A program made the translations under genes and the position numbers. A DNA stretch of 64,000 nt from a virus: positions 1-64,000 of the IMG/VR virus record IMGVR_UViG_3300045988_132434; one strand, given 5' to 3'. A model generated the notes under the pieces. That model was not told the origin of the DNA. It worked only from the letters and a program-made list of their open reading frames with translations, and made no database searches. Positions 37,698-46,210 of this stretch are shown piece after piece (positions within the stretch are counted from its first letter, which is position 1; every line of letters starts with the position of its first letter).

Positions 37698-38279
37698 CTA
37701 TCGTCTATAGTAAAGCCATGTACAAATTCCAATAGCAGCTATCCAGAACAAAAAGATTGCGATTAGATCAGATGTTGATGTTGGCTTTATATCATCCGTA
37801 TTCTTCTCTTCCTCCGTATTCGTGCTGTCTTTCTTTGCCCAATGGGTACCAACGTCCAATTTATTGTGCAACATAAGGCTGTCTATGGTGTGCTGCATCC
37901 GTGATATGGTCTCTTCCTGGTGATTTAGGCGTGCCTCGTATGTGGCATTACGCTCATAGTCACCCTTGCGGTGTATGGTGCGGTCGGTGGTGGTGGTCTT
38001 GTTGCCCTGAGCATCTGTGCTCTCGGTCACTCGCTCTGTGATGGTCTCCTCGTTGCTGCCTTTGTCGGTCATGGTACCAGAGGTGTGATTATCGTCCATA
38101 ACTGTAACGGTGCTGCTGTCCGTCCTTGTCTCCGACTTCACCATGCTGTCCTTAACGCTGGCTACGACACTATCGCGCTGTTGCTCACTACTCCCCTGCT
38201 CCACCTTACGGGAGGCAGCGCAGCTCGCAAACGTGATTACAGCCAGAATCCATAATGTAATGATCTTGATTTTTCCCAT
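37698..38279 (-). CDS. lipoprotein with C-terminal transmembrane anchor (u-spanin-like architecture)
   Basis: Lipobox ITFASC at residues 15-20 and a C-terminal LIAIFLFWIAAIGICTWLYYRR. Confidence 0.4.
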   Translation of the reverse strand: MGKIKIITLWILAVITFASCAASRKVEQGSSEQQRDSVVASVKDSMVKSETRTDSSTVTVMDDNHTSGTMTDKGSNEETITERVTESTDAQGNKTTTTDRTIHRKGDYERNATYEARLNHQEETISRMQHTIDSLMLHNKLDVGTHWAKKDSTNTEEEKNTDDIKPTSTSDLIAIFLFWIAAIGICTWLYYRR

Positions 38280-38344
38280 GTTTTTATGTCTTGTTGGTTT
38301 CTGCGTACAAAAGTAAAAAAAGTCGCTGACACCAACAGGACATA

Positions 38345-38383
38345 CTAAAACACCGCCTACCCTTGGGAATGGGTAAGCGGTGT
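38345..38383 (-). terminator. rho-independent terminator after rep
   Basis: Minus strand reads CACCGCTTACCC-ATTCCCA-AGGGTAGGCGGTG followed by TTTTAGT. Confidence 0.6.
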
Positions 38384-38389
38384 GAAGGT

Positions 38390-39940
38390 TTATTGTTTTA
38401 CAATCTTATATTTCATGGTTATTATCTTGCCGAATACTTTTGCCAAACATTTTTCAATATGATTTTTGACGGCAATATCATTGAAGCGCTCCTCTATCAT
38501 TGTATATAGAGCTTTATTCGGTATTCCTAAAAGAAGGTACGTACCTTCATACGACAAGAATTGAGCTTTTCGCAAGTCGGCTGCAAGGTCTTTGTCTATC
38601 AAGCGCAACAACTGCTGCCACTCCTTTTCTCCTGGCTTCACCTCGTCATCGGCAAAGAGAGATGGCTGTTGTATTACCTGTTTTTCACTATGCTGTTTTA
38701 TCCACTGCTCCATAATGTAGAAAACGAAGTCTTCCATCGTGCCGTTCCATCTGTGCGGCTGTTCTACCGCCTTGGGCACGCCATTATAAGCATACGCTTT
38801 GAAGTCGTTCCAAAGGTCTTCTGGAACATCAGCAACAAACGCCTTGAGCCGTTCTTCATCAAGCGTAGGATATAAAGACATCAATTTAGAGCACAAACGC
38901 TTTTCTGACGAACCACGATGAATTTCCAATTCTCGCGCCACACCCAACGGTGTGCGCTTGATGTGAAACTTTATTTTATCTGGATTACCTCGTTTTGCAC
39001 CGCTCCTATAAATAGGCTCGTAGCCTTTTTTGTCGGGGTCGATGCACGCCAGCATGATTTCTATCTTGTTTTCCTCACATAGCCGTTCCATGTCACCACG
39101 CGCCACATCCAACACCTGTTTGCGGAACTGCGAGAATTTCTGATATTTCTCAGTAGTCGTAACCTTTGCCGGCTGTTCATCACTCTTTTCCACATCGACC
39201 TTAAACATGCCCAACGCTTCTTTCAGTTCGCGATAGTCTATGACTGGGTGCATCTGTCCCTTGCTCGCATACTTCATCAATAGGAGGTAAAGACGCGACG
39301 TGTAAGCCGAATTACAGAAATAGGCTATACGTTCAAGATGGTTGAAATATCCATCTGCCATATCAAACACGGCTTTTGCCACCTCGATATTGATTGTCAC
39401 CTCGATATATCCGTCACGACGAAACTTGCGCACTTCCTGTCCGTCTTCGTCTGTCTTTGTGTCACTGTCTCCCGAATAGTTGAAGTCTTCGCCTTCCCGT
39501 GAAGTGAAGTTTTTGGGGATAAATATCTTGCTGAAGATAGGCATATAGTCCTCACCTTTTCTAAGTCCTGTCTCTGGATCGAAACGTGGCAGATGAAACT
39601 CAATCTTCTTCATTTGATTGATGACCTTTGCCGACTCATCATAATGACTGCTTTCTATTCCGAAGTCAGCCAGACGCAAGCGTATAGGTCCCATCTTCAA
39701 CAGATCTTCTTTTGTAATACCACCATTAGGACGTTCCTTACTCAAATATCGGTGTTCATTCAGAAACTTAGCGAAATGGTCTTGCAAACGTCCGCTTACC
39801 AACAGCATAACATCCTGTTGTATGAGAGAATAGCTTTTTGCGTATGATGTGTAGTTGACGGGGGTATTTATCCAGCGCAGTTCATTCAAAGCAAGCTGGA
39901 GCTTTTCGTCATTATCTTCTTTTTTAGCCTTCTTTGCCAT
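38390..39940 (-). CDS. rep: replication initiator (Rep_3-like)
   Basis: The N-terminal pattern NELRWINTPVNYTSYAKSYSLIQQDVMLLVSGRL resembles plasmid initiator proteins. The gene directly abuts the iteron array. Confidence 0.55.
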   Translation of the reverse strand: MAKKAKKEDNDEKLQLALNELRWINTPVNYTSYAKSYSLIQQDVMLLVSGRLQDHFAKFLNEHRYLSKERPNGGITKEDLLKMGPIRLRLADFGIESSHYDESAKVINQMKKIEFHLPRFDPETGLRKGEDYMPIFSKIFIPKNFTSREGEDFNYSGDSDTKTDEDGQEVRKFRRDGYIEVTINIEVAKAVFDMADGYFNHLERIAYFCNSAYTSRLYLLLMKYASKGQMHPVIDYRELKEALGMFKVDVEKSDEQPAKVTTTEKYQKFSQFRKQVLDVARGDMERLCEENKIEIMLACIDPDKKGYEPIYRSGAKRGNPDKIKFHIKRTPLGVARELEIHRGSSEKRLCSKLMSLYPTLDEERLKAFVADVPEDLWNDFKAYAYNGVPKAVEQPHRWNGTMEDFVFYIMEQWIKQHSEKQVIQQPSLFADDEVKPGEKEWQQLLRLIDKDLAADLRKAQFLSYEGTYLLLGIPNKALYTMIEERFNDIAVKNHIEKCLAKVFGKIITMKYKIVKQ

Positions 39941-40270
39941 AACCTACGTTTTTATGTACTTAAACCTACGTTTTTATGCACCAAAACCTACGTTTTTGTT
40001 TACCAACTCCTACGTATTTGTTTACTTCATACACTCTAACTTACTGATTTCCAATCACTCCTATATTCCTTAATATAATATAATATAAATTATTGCTTTA
40101 TTATTACATAAAACCGATATTTTATAATTATATTATATTAAGAGGCTTCAGACATACTGATTATCAATCTGTTATCTACGGTGTGGTAAACAAAAACGTA
40201 GGAGTTGGTAAACAAATCCGTAGGTTTAAGTAAACAGATCCGTAGGTATTGGTAAACAAATCCGTAGGTG
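39941..40270. repeat. origin of replication: 4 + 4 inverted iterons at 22-bp phasing around an AT-rich palindrome
   Basis: CCTACGTTTTT at 39943, 39965 and 39987, and CCTACGTATTT at 40009. The reverse-orientation copies end in CGTAGG at 40192, 40214, 40236 and 40258. CTTAATATAATATAAT (40069-40084) pairs with ATTATATTATATTAAG (40127-40142). Confidence 0.75.
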
Positions 40271-40340
40271 CTTCAAATCTAAAACAGCACACCTTTGTAG
40301 TGACTTGGTAAAAAACTTTAGTAGGATTTTACCTTATATA

Positions 40341-40895
40341 TTACAAGTCTTCGTTGAATATCGCCTCACATTTCAAAAAAATATCCATATCGGTGTACGT
40401 CAGAAAGATAGAAACACCGTGGCCTGAGCTGGATGGTTTCAATTCTTGAAGGATGAAACCAATACTGTCACCTGTTTCATCAGGAATATTAAACGCCAGC
40501 CCAATGACGTCGCCGTCTGGACCTAAATTCTCCTCGGGTGTGGTGTTTGGATATTTCTTCTGCAAACTCTCAATTAAGTTCAAGAAAGGAATATGAGCTG
40601 ACTCTACAGTTGGATATTGTAATTCAACCTCAGCACTAAACACCATTTTGTTTTTAGGAATATAGGCTACTACAATTATAGCGTCTTCAGCCATAAACCT
40701 ACCGTTAAAGACCCTGACACCTGGTCCAGCGGCTTTTGATTGGGCTGCATCGTATGTCACACCCTTAGCCTTCAGCTTCAGAGCAAAGTTATCCACCGTT
40801 CCGTCCAATGGTATTCCCATGAACTTCATGTGCTGCTGTGCGCTCACTGCCATACACAGGCAGAGCACAAACAATACTGATATAATCTTCTTCAT
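40341..40895 (-). CDS. secreted hypothetical protein
   Basis: Signal peptide MKKIISVLFVLCLCMAVSAQQ. Confidence 0.55.
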   Translation of the reverse strand: MKKIISVLFVLCLCMAVSAQQHMKFMGIPLDGTVDNFALKLKAKGVTYDAAQSKAAGPGVRVFNGRFMAEDAIIVVAYIPKNKMVFSAEVELQYPTVESAHIPFLNLIESLQKKYPNTTPEENLGPDGDVIGLAFNIPDETGDSIGFILQELKPSSSGHGVSIFLTYTDMDIFLKCEAIFNEDL

Positions 40896-40914
40896 AATAG
40901 ATGAGTTTTGGATT

Positions 40915-41328
40915 TTACATTTTGTTTCTATCCAAAAACTCTATCACTGCCTGTAATGCCAGGTCCTTGATAGGCACACCAGTACGCATCTTCATCAAGG
41001 CGATACGCTCGTAATACTCCATAGGCACGTAGATAGTGATGCCGTTCTCGGTTTTCTTACCTTTTGGCTTGCGTATATTCATCGCAATGTCGTTGCTGAA
41101 TGATGGGGTTGCCGGCTGTTCTGTCCCAGGAATGGTGGAATTCAAAACTTCGGTGGTTGAAGTTTCGGCTGTCGCATCAGCGTTCATTGTATCTCCCCCA
41201 CTCTCCTTTTTCTCTCTGTTCTCCTGGCGCTGTTGTCTGCCAGCCTCCAATATACGCTCGTTCTCGTCTATAGCTTTTGATTTTTCCAAACCAAAATGCG
41301 CAACTCGTTTTTTCATTTCTCTTGCCAT
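40915..41328 (-). CDS. ribbon-helix-helix ParG/CopG-like centromere-binding protein candidate
   Basis: The C-terminal ITIYVPMEYYERIALMKMRTGVPIKDLALQAVIEFL is an RHH-like fold signature. The gene lies directly downstream of parA. Confidence 0.5.
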   Translation of the reverse strand: MAREMKKRVAHFGLEKSKAIDENERILEAGRQQRQENREKKESGGDTMNADATAETSTTEVLNSTIPGTEQPATPSFSNDIAMNIRKPKGKKTENGITIYVPMEYYERIALMKMRTGVPIKDLALQAVIEFLDRNKM

Positions 41329-41339
41329 AATCTTTAATA

Positions 41340-42248
41340 TTAAAAGGTGAAACTGTTGATTATCTCTTTAGTGAAGCGCTCGTAGTCTATTCCTACCCTG
41401 CTATATGGTGCATAAGAAAAAATATCTTCCTGCATAGCCTGGGCTTCCACCATCTTCGTATCGCGACGTGTGTATGCGTCAAACATATAGTCTTGGTACT
41501 TCTCTCCCAGGTATGCCTTAAATTCCTTGGTGGCGTTGGTCTGATCGTTGCTCATCACCATCAGCAAGCCTCGGATGTCAAGCTCTGGATTAAGATCTTC
41601 GCGCGTTTCTTCAATGGCGTTGATGATTTCAGCAATACCTTTTGTTGCCAACACCTCCAGTTGCACGGGCAATACCACACTTGTGGCTGCCGTGAGCGCA
41701 TTGTATGTGAGTAGCGACATAGCCGGAGGACAGTCTATAAGCACGTAGTCAAAGGCTTCTATGACGGTGTTCACTCCCTCGTCTGCCAGTTCGGTACCAG
41801 CCATTTCGTTCAGAGGCTTGGCAAGCAACTTGCAAAGGGCTTTGCGAGGCATGGCACGCTGATTAAGAAACGGTTCAATGGATATGAGCTGCTGCGCAGC
41901 CGGAGCGAGGTAAATGCCTTCGCGTACCTGATAGACGGGCAAATTGCTCTGTTGCACTAATGCGTCGTAAACGGTAGGCTTACCGACATTCTGAGTTTCG
42001 CTCCACCCAAAGAGAAACGAAGCACACGCTTGGGGGTCGAGGTCGATAATGAGTACACGGGGCAATCGGTGGTGCCCATCGGCATCCTCACCGAAACTGC
42101 CTTTGCCAAATCGACGTAAGCCTGCTGCCAGGCTCTGCACTGTTGTTGTTTTGCCTACACCGCCTTTGTGGTTGACAAAGGCAAGTACTTCTCGTAGTCT
42201 TTCCATATTATATAAAGTATTTAGTGTTAATAATGTCTGCTTGCGCAT
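41340..42248 (-). CDS. parA: ParA-family partition ATPase
   Basis: Deviant Walker A NHKGGVGKTTT. The true start may be the internal ATG at 42206. Confidence 0.85.
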   Translation of the reverse strand: MRKQTLLTLNTLYNMERLREVLAFVNHKGGVGKTTTVQSLAAGLRRFGKGSFGEDADGHHRLPRVLIIDLDPQACASFLFGWSETQNVGKPTVYDALVQQSNLPVYQVREGIYLAPAAQQLISIEPFLNQRAMPRKALCKLLAKPLNEMAGTELADEGVNTVIEAFDYVLIDCPPAMSLLTYNALTAATSVVLPVQLEVLATKGIAEIINAIEETREDLNPELDIRGLLMVMSNDQTNATKEFKAYLGEKYQDYMFDAYTRRDTKMVEAQAMQEDIFSYAPYSRVGIDYERFTKEIINSFTF

Positions 42249-42273
42249 AGAGAAAACATTGTTTTCGTATCAC

Positions 42274-42292
42274 GTTGCAAATTTAAGAATTA
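42274..42292 (-). promoter_or_regulatory. promoter TAATTCTTAAATTTGCAAC (identical to 5229-5247)
   Basis: CAAATTTA at 42278-42285 on the plus strand. Confidence 0.55.
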
Positions 42293-42299
42293 TAATTGA

Positions 42300-42650
42300 T
42301 ATAACCAAACATTCACACATATTTATTTGTTTATTTATTGATTTATTTGTTTATTGTTTCGTTTATGGCTTGGTTACTTTCTTTCTTTCTTTCTTTGTGT
42401 ATTTATATATGTATTGATTACTTTGTTTATAAGTATATTTATGTATATGTTTGTGTGTTTATTTATTGATTGATAAAAACGTTGATTTATTTATATGTTA
42501 GTTAATTTGTTTGTGTATTTGTGTATTTATGTGTGGATGTATTTGTGTTAACGTGGAATTTATTATTCGTGTTAATATGGATTTATGGTTATGTGGATTT
42601 GTGGAAATGTGGAATTGTGGATTTATTGAAATGTGGATTTGTGCGAATTT
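42300..42650. repeat. T/G-rich short-repeat field upstream of parA (centromere-like) including a (TTCT)5 microsatellite
   Basis: Repeats of TTTATTTGTTTATT, GTGTATTTGTG and at least 6 copies of TGTGGA(A/T)TT (42585-42645). (TTCT)5 lies at about 42377-42397. Confidence 0.55.
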
Positions 42651-42656
42651 TATAGT

Positions 42657-42702
42657 CAACAAAAAAACGAAGAACACGGATATTATCTTCGTGTTCTTCG
42701 TG
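42657..42702 (-). terminator. strong rho-independent terminator
   Basis: Minus strand reads CGAAGAACACG-AAGATAATATC-CGTGTTCTTCG followed by T7-8. Confidence 0.8.
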
Positions 42703-42726
42703 TCACACGTTGGTTTCTTACTATAA

Positions 42727-43629
42727 TCAAATGGTGATGTCGGTAGTTTCGCTGTTCCACTCATCGTTGACGGTCATCGCCATGCGCTGTTGGTGATTAT
42801 AGAGTGACCCTGTAATAGTGGTGATTCTGTTGCGCTCAAAGGGTACGTCGGGGATGGTGATAGTGGCATAAGGACTGCTTGTGCTATTCATAGTAAACAC
42901 AAGGTCGGTCTTATATCCTGCTTTTGGTACCAACAGGATGTAGGCGAGGGTATTGTCTGTTGTGCCTCGGAGATTCTTTACGTCAGAGGTGCGCTGATTT
43001 TTCACCGCTTCAATAACGTCCATCGTTGCCCATGACAGCGCCTTGTGCTCTTGGAAGTCGAGCGTGATGGTGGTGCAATCATCTGGGAAAACGTCTGTGC
43101 TGTTGACTGAGAGTTTCGCCACCAAGCGGTCCAATGTCATATTTACCGTTGCCGTTCCTGCACCTACGCTCACGTCTTTCTCAGCTCCGAAGGTGTCCGA
43201 TGTCTTGGTGGCTGTCAGTGCTACAGGCTGTGATGCTGTAATGGGAGTGAGGATGTTGGGTTCTACAGGCCAAGTGATATTTCCTGCATCCCATAACGTA
43301 GGTTCTTGGCTACGTGTTGCTACCACCTTCAATGTGTGATTACCATAGTCGAGTGTCAGGTCAGGCTCGGCAAAGTCCTTTGCCGTACTCGTTTGGTGGA
43401 GCACCTGCAGGAGTTTGCCCGTTGCCTTGTCGTAGTCCAGAATATAAAAATCCGTCAGTGCCTTGCTGTTGGCAGTGAGTGCAGCGCGTGTCTCTACCTG
43501 CATGCCACAAACGAGTTTGACGTGTGCCTTCTCCGTCGGCTGTTCCTGGATGGCTTCTTCATTGTTACACGCTGTAGTCAGGACGGTTGCCAGCATCGTT
43601 GCCAGCATCATAAAATTGGTTTTCTTCAT
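42727..43629 (-). CDS. FimB/Mfa2-like fimbrillin-family lipoprotein
   Basis: Lipobox LTTAC. VETRA.., TLDRLVAKLSV and ERNRITTITGSLY match patterns I recall from Bacteroidales Mfa2/FimB-type proteins. Internal start taken at 43629. Confidence 0.5.
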   Translation of the reverse strand: MKKTNFMMLATMLATVLTTACNNEEAIQEQPTEKAHVKLVCGMQVETRAALTANSKALTDFYILDYDKATGKLLQVLHQTSTAKDFAEPDLTLDYGNHTLKVVATRSQEPTLWDAGNITWPVEPNILTPITASQPVALTATKTSDTFGAEKDVSVGAGTATVNMTLDRLVAKLSVNSTDVFPDDCTTITLDFQEHKALSWATMDVIEAVKNQRTSDVKNLRGTTDNTLAYILLVPKAGYKTDLVFTMNSTSSPYATITIPDVPFERNRITTITGSLYNHQQRMAMTVNDEWNSETTDITI

Positions 43630-43661
43630 TGTTTCTGGGGGTAGTTCGTGATAGTTCTTCT

Positions 43662-44120
43662 TTACTCTCCAGGCACCGTGAAATCTATCCACTTCACGTT
43701 AGGAAAAAACTGCTGATAGTTGTCCTTGGTAATGTCCTGCTCCCAGTCTGTACCATCCATGTACTCGATGGTAACGCTGACAGGAAGGGCACGCACTTTT
43801 TCCACACCGATATAGCCGGTCGTTGTCATGCGCTTATATTTCTTTCCTGGGTCAAACGGTCCTGTGCCCGACACGTTGCGCAGTTGTAAGTTGGGTGTCA
43901 TGCCAGACGACACGTCGCCAACCTCATTCACGGCACACCATTCCACTTTTACGTACTTTACCTGCTTTTCACCGTCACACGTAAAACCGACATGTAATGC
44001 CTTGGTGGTATAGAGCAGCGTCGGTTTGAGTTTGAAGGTAGAAAAGACTACCTGTGCTTGTGCTGCATGGGCAACGGTCAACATTGCCAACAGCGATAAA
44101 CATCTACAAAATTTCTTCAT
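43662..44120 (-). CDS. secreted hypothetical protein
   Basis: Signal peptide MKKFCRCLSLLAMLTVAHAAQAQ. Confidence 0.55.
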   Translation of the reverse strand: MKKFCRCLSLLAMLTVAHAAQAQVVFSTFKLKPTLLYTTKALHVGFTCDGEKQVKYVKVEWCAVNEVGDVSSGMTPNLQLRNVSGTGPFDPGKKYKRMTTTGYIGVEKVRALPVSVTIEYMDGTDWEQDITKDNYQQFFPNVKWIDFTVPGE

Positions 44121-44153
44121 GTTTTTAATATTTTAATGCGTTAATAATTTATT

Positions 44154-45692
44154 TTATTCATTCAGCCCACCGAGCATCGGCATGAAGAGGATGGCAGCAC
44201 CTATGAGTGCAAAACCTACCACACCCATGGCCATTGCCATTAGCACAGCCAGTCCGCCAGCCACTATCTTCTTCACGGCAGTTCCATTGCCGTGGTCTTC
44301 CTCCGCGTCTTCCTCTCGCAGCGTCGGTTCACCTACCTGGGGATAGTGGCGCACCTGTTGGGGTTCTATACTGTGATTGTCTTCAGAGGCTATAATAGGC
44401 TCGCTATCAACGGCCGGTCTGTTCTCGATGGTCGGCTTATTATCGATGGTCGGCTTATTATCGATGGTCGGCTTATTATCGATGGTCGGCTTATTCTCAG
44501 TAGTCGGTTCGTCCTCTACCTTACCATCCACACACACGATAACGTCACCATGCAGACTAACCTCAATCTTGCAGCCCGGCACAAGGTCCTTCTGATTGAA
44601 GGTTTTCTCGCTTCCGCAGTTGGCATGGGCAAAAAGGTGTCCGTTCATCTCCACCTCGTCAAAGTCGGCGACATACGTCACCTTACCCGTCTTCTCGCCT
44701 ACCGTGGTATGATGACCGCGATACGTGGTAATAGCCTTAAACACGGGGCGAAACTTAAACGCGCAGTTATACTTTGCGTCATGGTCTGTCTGTCCTATGC
44801 GGTCGTAATAGTCGTAGTTGTCAAACTTGAATACAAGGCCGTCGGTAGGGTAGGGCAGTGTCTCTCTCTCCACCTCGGCAGAGCACACAATGTTCTCGAT
44901 GTCCTGCTCCAGTTCGGCATCCGGCTTATCCAGTTCTATCTGCTCTATGAAACCGCAAGAGAGAAAGCCCCAATATCCCAGGTCGTCCATAGCGTAATAA
45001 TGCGACGTAACATCGTTAGCAATTACGCGGAACGGATGAAACTCCAGACGCTTGCACTCGTCAGCCACAGCCTCCTTTTTCGCCATGATACCGTTGCTTG
45101 TAGATCTTGGTGATTTGCCAGCCTTGCTATAACTGGCAAACTCATCGAGTGAGATAATCACCTCACCACGCACCTCCACGCGATCATCATCTTTCCATTG
45201 CTCCACATATTCCTCCACGCCATCCACATACTTCATGTGTTCCAGGCAGTCGATACCATACAGCTCTTTGCCATGTCCGTAAGTGGCCTCCGAGAGTGTT
45301 CCGCGACGATAAACAAGGCTCACGGTCTCTCCATCGAATTTCCATTCTACATCCACCTTCGCACCCTTGCTGCTAATATTGGCAGCACGCTGCTGTGCTC
45401 TCAGATACTTCACCACCGCCTTGGCATCGTGCAACTTCTTCATCGAGAGGCAAGCCGCGCGACGTGCCACCGTGCGCTTTCCGTTGCCGTTCTCGCTGTA
45501 GCACTGCTGCGTTGGCGAGTCTTTCAGCACCTCGTCTGGGTGCTCTTCCTCATACGCTTGCAAAGCAAAGTACAGTGCGTCATATTCCTCGTCGCTGATA
45601 GTGGGAGCATTCAGGGCGAAATATCTGTAATCATGCACCTTCACCTCGTCCACCATAGTGCGGTAGTCGTCGAAATTCTCAATTTGTTTCAT
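44154..45692 (-). CDS. NAD-dependent DNA ligase core (Ia-NTase-OB) fused to a hexapeptide repeat and a C-terminal membrane anchor
   Basis: Ia domain: HDYRYF..ISDEEYDALY..HPDEVLKDSPTQQ. Ligase motifs: KFDGE (KxDG), EVRGEV, DGLVFKFD and AFKFRP. OB-like domain: VGEKTGKVTYVA..GDVIV. These are followed by 3x KPTIDN + 1x KPTIEN, and the protein ends in about 34 hydrophobic residues. No Zn-finger, HhH or BRCT domain is seen. Confidence 0.7.
   Translation of the reverse strand: MKQIENFDDYRTMVDEVKVHDYRYFALNAPTISDEEYDALYFALQAYEEEHPDEVLKDSPTQQCYSENGNGKRTVARRAACLSMKKLHDAKAVVKYLRAQQRAANISSKGAKVDVEWKFDGETVSLVYRRGTLSEATYGHGKELYGIDCLEHMKYVDGVEEYVEQWKDDDRVEVRGEVIISLDEFASYSKAGKSPRSTSNGIMAKKEAVADECKRLEFHPFRVIANDVTSHYYAMDDLGYWGFLSCGFIEQIELDKPDAELEQDIENIVCSAEVERETLPYPTDGLVFKFDNYDYYDRIGQTDHDAKYNCAFKFRPVFKAITTYRGHHTTVGEKTGKVTYVADFDEVEMNGHLFAHANCGSEKTFNQKDLVPGCKIEVSLHGDVIVCVDGKVEDEPTTENKPTIDNKPTIDNKPTIDNKPTIENRPAVDSEPIIASEDNHSIEPQQVRHYPQVGEPTLREEDAEEDHGNGTAVKKIVAGGLAVLMAMAMGVVGFALIGAAILFMPMLGGLNE
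44409..44516. repeat. 18-bp tandem repeat (4 near-perfect plus 2 degenerate units) inside the ligase-like gene
   Basis: gatggtcggcttattatc at 44427, 44445, 44463 and 44481. Confidence 0.85.
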
Positions 45693-45732
45693 TGTCTATA
45701 AAGTATTAAAAATGGTCATGTTGTTGTGCTGT

Positions 45733-46008
45733 TTATTCTTTGTTGTCGTGCCAGAAGTGGGAGTACTGCACCATATCGATGGCTGTTCTCAGGTTGTCGT
45801 CAGGATAACATTCGGCATCCAGTTCGAGATACATGGGAATCTCCTTGCCAGATTTGAATCCGACCGTTACCACGTTCTCATCTTTCTCGTGGTAGTGGTA
45901 ATAGGCCACTTCACGGGCGTCAAACGTGATGACATGATCCTCAAGTGCTTCGTTCTTGCCTTCAAAAATTCTCGCTACGATAAATGGATAAACTTTCTTT
46001 GTCTTCAT
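45733..46008 (-). CDS. hypothetical protein
   Basis: Internal ATG giving MKTKKVYPF. Confidence 0.45.
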   Translation of the reverse strand: MKTKKVYPFIVARIFEGKNEALEDHVITFDAREVAYYHYHEKDENVVTVGFKSGKEIPMYLELDAECYPDDNLRTAIDMVQYSHFWHDNKE

Positions 46009-46030
46009 AATGATTCTGTTTTTATAGTTA

Positions 46031-46210
46031 TTACTGTTGTTTCTGTTCCTGTGCCACTGCCATGATAGTGTGGATGGTGTCTGTGAGGTATTTGCCGCCA
46101 CCGTGTGCCATAATCCACTCGTGTGCGTCGTCCGTCACTACGTATTGTCGTCTATTACCTCCGATGGCAGGTCTGCCTGCCGATCGTGTCGTTTTCCTGC
46201 TCTTTTCCAT
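46031..46210 (-). CDS. small (59 aa) DNA-binding-like protein MEKSRKTTRSAGRPAIGGNRRQYVVTDDAHEWIMAHGG...
   Basis: Manual translation; it falls below the ORF-track cutoff. The GRPxxGG plus beta-strand-helix pattern resembles RHH/MobC-type proteins. Confidence 0.4.
   Translation of the reverse strand: MEKSRKTTRSAGRPAIGGNRRQYVVTDDAHEWIMAHGGGKYLTDTIHTIMAVAQEQKQQ

Noticed and set aside
39941-40270. Possible CRISPR array (regularly spaced repeats). The same idea was considered for 42300-42650 and 44409-44516.
   Set aside because: The repeats are 11-18 bp with 22-bp or contiguous spacing, the arms are inverted, there are no 25-40 bp unique spacers, and there are no cas genes. They fit iterons, a centromere and an in-frame coding repeat respectively.
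42498-42764. 88-aa minus ORF with repeated IHIS.NP / NTQIH motifs.
   Set aside because: It is a translation of the TGTGGATTT centromere-like repeats and it spans the terminator hairpin. It is noncoding.
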